NCBI RefSeq assembly: GCF_000015025.1
Contig: NC_008578.1
Span: 1,710,001 to 1,742,000 of the forward strand
Source of the DNA: Acidothermus cellulolyticus 11B
GTDB lineage: Bacteria > Actinomycetota > Actinomycetes > Acidothermales > Acidothermaceae
DNA: 32,000 bases
Reading direction: 5' to 3'
The notes beneath the pieces are model-generated. The model did not search any database and had not been told where the DNA came from. It saw only the letters and a program-made list of their open reading frames with translations. Both the position numbers and the translations under genes were made by a program. Below, piece after piece: positions 12,421 to 16,380 of the stretch. Position 1 is the first letter of the stretch; each line of letters starts with the position of its first letter.

Positions 12421-12513
12421 GCGGTCGGCCGGCGCCGCGGTCGGCCGGCGGCGATGGCCGGCGCGGCAGGACGCGCGGCTGCGGCGATGGCCGGCGCGGC
12501 AGGACGCGCGGCT
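12421..12513. repeat. Compound tandem repeat upstream of dxr: 16 bp x2 (gcggtcggccggcgcc), then 33 bp x2 (gcggcgatggccggcgcggcaggacgcgcggct)
   Basis: Read directly. The 33-mers occupy 12448-12480 and 12481-12513 and are identical. Confidence 0.9.
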
Positions 12514-12559
12514 GCGGTGCCGGTCAGTCCGGCAACGCGCGCCGCGTCGGTCGCATCGG

Positions 12560-12745
12560 CCGCTACGACGGCGGACACGACCCGTCACGCGGTGCATCAC
12601 CGGAAAAGCGGTCTGCGCTGCGACCACGTCCAGCCCAATGAACAAGATGGTGTTGGACACCGGCAGCTCGGCATCCTCGGAATTGCCCGCCGCACGGCGG
12701 GGATACTGTTCTCAGAACGGTGGACGTCGTCCCTTTTCCTTTTAT
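12560..12745 (-). pseudogene. Decayed third copy of the B membrane module (B3)
   Basis: The start region matches B1, but ATG is ATA (gataaaagg vs gatgaaagg) and 6 nt are missing. After a frame change it reads AAGNSEDAELPVSNTILFIGLDVVAAQTAFPVMHRVTG, which matches AAGNSESAELLVTDTIVLNGVNVVTTQTAFPAMYSITG inside AB2. No continuous frame exists, and the 3' part is replaced by GC-rich repeats. Confidence 0.5.
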
Positions 12746-12820
12746 CGGCAGCAGCTTCCGCTGTAGCTGTAGGAACGTTAATCCTGCGCGACGGGTTAGG
12801 CTCTGACGATTGTCCGGGCA
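12712..12820 (-). repeat. Conserved inter-module element, copy in cassette 3
   Basis: 101/109 aligned nt identical to 14532-14646, with one 6-nt indel. Includes a 34-nt perfect run tgtaggaacgttaatcctgcgcgacgggttaggc. Confidence 0.9.
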
Positions 12821-12825
12821 CGCGG

Positions 12826-13334
12826 TCAGGTCCCTGTCGGCCCGCCCTCCGAAACATCGGCACGCCGGGTTGTATCAGCATGGCGGAGCCGCCAGCGCCG
12901 GCGCAGTCGCAGCCAGGTGCGCACAGCGGCAATTTCCACGGTTACCCAAATAGTCTGGTCCAGGGGCCACAATGTCGCGACGAGAACGACGAGGACCAGA
13001 CCGCCGGAAATCACTCCGACGATCAGCCGTACAGCCTCTGCCGCCAGAGGTAATCCGATGATCCACTTTCGATAGGGCGCGATGTCCGCCCATGCGTCGC
13101 CGCGGAAAAGTTCGCTTGAGACCAAACGACAAGGGCAACTGCGTAACCGGTTACGGCGACAAGCCCGACGGCAAGCGGTGAGCGGAGCGGGTCGCGATAG
13201 AGCGTCACGTTGATCACAAAGACCACGGTATAAAAGAGCCACAAGAGTACGAGAACACGCTTCACCACTTTGGGTGGATCACATTGGCGAATCACAGCCA
13301 GCCCTCCAGCCTTAAGCACGCCCACCGCGCGCAC
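12826..13334 (-). pseudogene. Frameshifted third copy of the A membrane module (A3)
   Basis: N-terminal half lies in the frame of ORF 13023..13334 (...VLVLLWLFYTVVFVINVTLYRDPLRSPLAVGLVAVTGYAVALVV). C-terminal half lies in the frame of ORF 12826..13242 (SSELFRGDAWADIAPYRKWIIGLPLAAEAVRLIVGV...RLRRRWRLRHAD). Joined, they align along the whole of A1. The junction is at about 13115-13135 around an AAA run (13124-13126). One extra base there restores GYAVALVVLVSSELFRGDAW. Confidence 0.7.
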
Positions 13335-14226
13335 GGCGGTCGATCACCGTGAAAACGGCGAGCGTCAGAACCATTGCCGCTGTAAGGACAGCTCCTTGCC
13401 ACGCCACGCTCCTGATAACCGAGAACGTGTCGAAATCAACGAGCGCATTGCCGAAGACAGCGAGAACAGCCAGCCTTCGATACGTCGGAGACCATTCGCG
13501 AAAACGACGGCGTGTCGCAGCGAGAATGTAGATGTTACCGAGTACGACGGGGGTGATCACAGCATGACCCGTGATACTGTACATCGCCGGAAAGGCGGTC
13601 TGCGTTGTGACGACGTTCACTCCATTGAGCACGATGGTGTCGGTTACCAGCAGCTCGGCGCTCTCGGAGTTGCCCGCCGCAGGGAGCCGGCTCTCCGCGT
13701 CTTCCTCGGTATCTGGTTCTCGCGGCGTCCGACGGGAGTCCCGCCACCGGCGAATTTCCGAGATCGCACCATACCCCGCGAGAACGCTGAGCGTCACGAC
13801 TGTAGGAACGAAAACCGTATAGAGCAGGAGACTCCGGTTTGTTTCGCGAGCATGGATGTACATTCCGACACCGAGGACCTTTACGAAAACAAGCGTGGCG
13901 ATGACGTAACGAGAACGCCTGACCGTGCGCCAGAATCGCCCCCAGAGCCGCCAGTAGAATTTCGCCTCTACGTACGACGTCGCCGTGCTAACTACGGAAA
14001 ACAACACAAGCACACCCTCGCGGGAGAGCGAGAAGCGATAATCGCGCACGGGCGTCACCGCGGCGTAGCCGATCCAGCTAAGCGCCCATAACAGGCACAA
14101 ACCAGCGGCAATCCCCGTCGAGCCAGTCGGGCGATGGTGAGGGCGCCACCTCGGTAGGTACACCTTGTCACGCAGGTTTGCTGAGGCGGCACTCCGTCCG
14201 CATCCACTCCGTTGACGCCAGCCCAC
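13312..14226 (-). CDS. Fused A+B multi-pass membrane protein (AB2), unknown family
   Basis: 304-aa ORF. The N-terminal half has the A-module pattern (4 predicted TM segments, FY...R..RR loop, C-terminal RRWRDSRR). An acidic linker PREPDTEEDAES follows. The C-terminal half resembles B1/B3. The start could be GTG 14163 instead of 14226. Confidence 0.65.
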   Translation of the reverse strand: MGWRQRSGCGRSAASANLRDKVYLPRWRPHHRPTGSTGIAAGLCLLWALSWIGYAAVTPVRDYRFSLSREGVLVLFSVVSTATSYVEAKFYWRLWGRFWRTVRRSRYVIATLVFVKVLGVGMYIHARETNRSLLLYTVFVPTVVTLSVLAGYGAISEIRRWRDSRRTPREPDTEEDAESRLPAAGNSESAELLVTDTIVLNGVNVVTTQTAFPAMYSITGHAVITPVVLGNIYILAATRRRFREWSPTYRRLAVLAVFGNALVDFDTFSVIRSVAWQGAVLTAAMVLTLAVFTVIDRRARGGRA

Positions 14227-14262
14227 GATTGAGCTCCGCGAGGTGACCGAACTGCAAGCGAT

Positions 14263-14571
14263 TTATTCGTGGATTCTTTTCCGCCGCTCCCTGATCGTGT
14301 GTACGAGGAGAGTCACGGTATATCCGGCAAGGATCGAGCCAACAATCCCAGGGAGGTAGTCACGACTAGCCACCGCACTCGACGCGCTGACCATGGCAAA
14401 TAGGCCACCGATGAGCAGTGCGACCCGGTCACGCAGCGCCGCTGCGACGACTCGATACCGATCAGGTTGGAGCCGATACCTCAGCCAGAGGTTGTGCACT
14501 ATCAGAATCGTTATCAGGATAGCGTTAAATATCAGAACGGTGGACGTCGTCAAGTGCACTTCTCCTTTCAT
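14263..14571 (-). CDS. Small 3-TM membrane protein, B module (B1), unknown family
   Basis: 102-aa ORF with a hydrophobic pattern and a basic C-terminus RERRKRIHE. AAGGAG lies 8 nt before an in-frame TTG at 14553, which is an alternative start. No comparable plus-strand ORF. Confidence 0.6.
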   Translation of the reverse strand: MKGEVHLTTSTVLIFNAILITILIVHNLWLRYRLQPDRYRVVAAALRDRVALLIGGLFAMVSASSAVASRDYLPGIVGSILAGYTVTLLVHTIRERRKRIHE

Positions 14572-14646
14572 CGGCAGTAGCTTCCGCTGTAGATGTAGGA
14601 ACGTTAATCCTGCGCGACGGGTTAGGCGCTGACGATCGTCTGGGCA
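14532..14646 (-). repeat. Conserved inter-module element, copy in cassette 1 (spans the A1-B1 spacer and the first B1 codons)
   Basis: See 12712-12820. The flanking coding DNA is too diverged to align at nucleotide level. Confidence 0.9.
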
Positions 14647-14656
14647 TAGTTACTTA

Positions 14657-15124
14657 TTATTCCGCCGCACGCATGCCTTTGTAGCGACCATGCGCATCAA
14701 GCTCATGCCTATGTTTGCGCCAGCGAAGCCACGCCCGAGCAAGACGCATAACGAGGATCATCCAGAATACTAGTTCGAATGGCGCGAGCGCTACATAAAT
14801 TGCCGCGTAAGTGAGACTATCAAAGTCGTTAACAGCTACACCTATGACCACTCGTGCAATCTCAAGCGCCACTAGAGTGCGAATGATGCGTCTTCGATAT
14901 GGTTCGATAATAGCCCAGCTTGGGCCGCGATAAAAATCGTTAGAAGCGAGAATTGAAAAAAGAATCGTGTACCCAATCGAGAAACCGAGAATACCCAGAA
15001 TCGGGACAGAGCGATGCGCTCGCAAGTGGCCCGCTAGGACAAACACCCCCGCTATAAAGCTCAACAAGATAGTCACGTATCCGACAATTTTTTGCCACCG
15101 ATGCAATGACAGGTTGGGGGTCAT
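14657..15124 (-). CDS. Small 4-TM membrane protein, A module (A1), unknown family
   Basis: 155-aa ORF with a strong RBS (tagGGAGGcgacATG) and four hydrophobic segments. About 48% GC by hand count. The plus strand is closed by stops here, so the coding strand is unambiguous. Confidence 0.75.
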   Translation of the reverse strand: MTPNLSLHRWQKIVGYVTILLSFIAGVFVLAGHLRAHRSVPILGILGFSIGYTILFSILASNDFYRGPSWAIIEPYRRRIIRTLVALEIARVVIGVAVNDFDSLTYAAIYVALAPFELVFWMILVMRLARAWLRWRKHRHELDAHGRYKGMRAAE

Positions 15125-15180
15125 GTCGCCTCCCTACATATACATGGTAACCGGAACAATGCCTTGAAGCACCTGCACGC

Positions 15181-16080
15181 TCACGTGCAGTAACGGCCGC
15201 TATAGACCTCCGGTGTTATGAACGGTGGTGCTGGCGGGCCGCTGAACAAACGCGGCGCTGACAAGCCAAACTTAATTGCTAGACACTTTCCTAGCCACTG
15301 AGCAGCGGCGGCATAAACGGTCACCGTCGAGGACAAATCCCCTATCGCTTCGGTAGGCGGAAGTATTGCGAGAAGATATTGATAATAACCATAGCTCAGG
15401 CCGTACGCGGCGATGAATGCGGTTTCTTCTTTGTTGAAGTAGATGGTGCCGGTGATGATGCCCCAGGTGATTTTGGGGTCGGCGGTGATGGGGTAGGTGG
15501 CGGTGGTTGGTGGGGTGATGGTCTGGGTGAGGCTGGTGGGGGTGATGGTGTAGGTGGTGGGGATGGGGTTACCGGCCGCGTCGTGTGCCCACGGTGCGGC
15601 GATGAAGGCGACGGGCTGGTGGTGGGAGTCAAGGACGAGTGCACCGCCGTCGGCGGTTGGTGCAAGCGTCTCCCCAGGCGTGGTGATCGTGAAGGTCACG
15701 CTGGTCGGAGCTGTGGAGTCTTCCAGGATGATCAGGTCTTGTTCGCCGTGGGGAATGCGCTGCCGGGCCAGGTCCAGATGCGGCAGCGCGTCGGGGGTGA
15801 CAGTCAGCGTGGTGTCCACGGTGACCGGAACAGCGTTACTGCCCTGCACGACCAGCGACGGTGCACTCCGCGGTGGTGTATCAACATCAGCCGGATTGAT
15901 CGAACGGTGCAACGGTCCGAGCTCATCGGCCACCCGGTGCGCGTGCGCTACACGCCCAGGGTCCGAGCCGGGTTGCGCCGCAAACGCGGTCCCCTCAAAC
16001 CCAACACACACACAGCGGTCACGGTGCCCACCAGGGCGAGTCTGCCACGCATCGACATCCCTTCCATCTCCAACACGCAT
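15181..16080 (-). CDS. Secreted-type Thr/Pro-rich protein of unknown family; the signal peptide is encoded in a different frame upstream (16015-16067)
   Basis: 299-aa ORF from ATG 16080 with no signal peptide of its own. ORF 15948..16130 in another frame encodes M(S)MRGRLALVGTVTAVCVLGL, a signal-peptide-like N-terminus preceded by GGAAGGG. The two frames meet at a (GT)5.5 tract. The mature part contains AAPWAHDAAGNPIPTTYTITPTSLTQTITPPTTATYPITADP followed by a lower-GC C-terminal region of about 95 aa. Confidence 0.65.
   Translation of the reverse strand: MRVGDGRDVDAWQTRPGGHRDRCVCVGFEGTAFAAQPGSDPGRVAHAHRVADELGPLHRSINPADVDTPPRSAPSLVVQGSNAVPVTVDTTLTVTPDALPHLDLARQRIPHGEQDLIILEDSTAPTSVTFTITTPGETLAPTADGGALVLDSHHQPVAFIAAPWAHDAAGNPIPTTYTITPTSLTQTITPPTTATYPITADPKITWGIITGTIYFNKEETAFIAAYGLSYGYYQYLLAILPPTEAIGDLSSTVTVYAAAAQWLGKCLAIKFGLSAPRLFSGPPAPPFITPEVYSGRYCT
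16004..16014. repeat. Dinucleotide repeat acacacacaca, i.e. (GT)5.5 on the coding strand, at the signal-peptide / mature-protein frame junction
   Basis: Read directly. Deleting one GT unit or adding 1 nt joins the two frames. Confidence 0.9.
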
Positions 16081-16097
16081 GGGAACGTTCCCATGCG
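16076..16097. promoter_or_regulatory. 22-bp perfect palindrome CGCATGGGAACGTTCCCATGCG in the 5' leader of the secreted-protein gene
   Basis: Self-complementary over all 22 nt (checked base by base). Lies about 10-30 nt downstream of the predicted transcription start. Each arm carries an ATG: 16094 in the signal-peptide frame and 16080 in the mature frame. Confidence 0.8.
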
Positions 16098-16113
16098 ATC
16101 ACAAGCGATCCCG

Positions 16114-16143
16114 ATAATAGAAAACCGCACACGCCAGTGTCAA
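16114..16143 (-). promoter_or_regulatory. Near-consensus housekeeping-sigma promoter: TTGACA, 18-nt spacer, TATTAT
   Basis: Minus strand: TTGACA (16143-16138), spacer ctggcgtgtgcggttttc, TATTAT (16119-16114). It is an AT-rich patch in GC-rich surroundings, upstream of the secreted-protein gene. Confidence 0.6.
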
Positions 16144-16237
16144 GACAGCCAGCAGGCGACCGATCCGTCCCCAGGACGAGGTCAAGCGCGTCATCGAGAA
16201 AGTGTCAAGACGGCCGACGGGTGACCGATCCGCCCCC
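16136..16237. repeat. Two 37-nt imperfect direct repeats (16136-16172 and 16201-16237, 31/37 identical), each containing a TTGACA on the minus strand
   Basis: agtgtcaagacagccagcaggcgaccgatccgtcccc vs agtgtcaagacggccgacgggtgaccgatccgccccc. Period 65 bp. Confidence 0.85.
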
Positions 16238-16250
16238 CGTCAGCGCACCA

Positions 16251-16270
16251 GCCTGCCGCCATCGGCAGGC
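16251..16270 (-). terminator. Candidate intrinsic terminator hairpin after the MMPL gene (8-bp GC stem, 4-nt loop, no U-tract)
   Basis: gcctgccg-ccat-cggcaggc, about 110 nt downstream of the MMPL stop. Confidence 0.35.
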
Positions 16271-16380
16271 AATTGGCCTCCACCATGCGCAAAAGTGAGC
16301 GTCAGATTCCCCTTGCGGCCGACGAGACGGTCAATACGCCGTTGCGCATCGACTCGGAAGCGACTGCGGATATCACGCCG

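Noticed and set aside
12291-12578. A 95-aa minus-strand ORF ending in a GTGA overlap with the dxr start, which suggests a translationally coupled upstream gene.
   Set aside because: The sequence is Ala/Pro/Arg low complexity generated by the 16- and 33-bp tandem repeats. It has no RBS and no similarity to anything I recognise. It is more simply explained as the eroded 3' part of the B3 remnant.
12454-14091. Plus-strand ORFs in the island (12454..13053 and 13270..14091) share a conserved peptide (TRHAVHHRKSGLRCDHV... / TRDTVHRRKGGLRCDDV...). In that block it is even slightly more conserved (25/38) than the minus-strand reading (22/37).
   Set aside because: The similarity is just the antisense of the B-module repeat, in a codon-aligned frame. 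In the intact cassette 1 the plus strand is closed by stops, whereas the minus strand has RBSs and transmembrane periodicity. Most substitutions are first-position V/L/I/F and T/A/S swaps, as expected for membrane helices on the minus strand.
12712-14646. Integron-like cassette array, with the conserved element acting as an attC site. It contains GTTAGGC, which fits the GTTRRRY core.
   Set aside because: No inverse core RYYYAAC is positioned to pair with it. There is no overall imperfect-palindrome structure, no intI integrase or attI in the window, and the element overlaps the B start codon region. A single 7-mer match is expected by chance.
14525-14647. A 40-aa minus-strand ORF inside the conserved inter-module element (MPRRSSAPNPSRRINVPTSTAEATADERRSALDDVHRSDI). 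The matching peptide SEPNPSRRINVPTATAEAAADKRKRDDVHRSE occurs in copy 3.
   Set aside because: All 8 nucleotide differences between the copies are non-synonymous in this frame. Copy 3 has no equivalent start, and no RBS is present. The conservation is at DNA/RNA level, not protein level.
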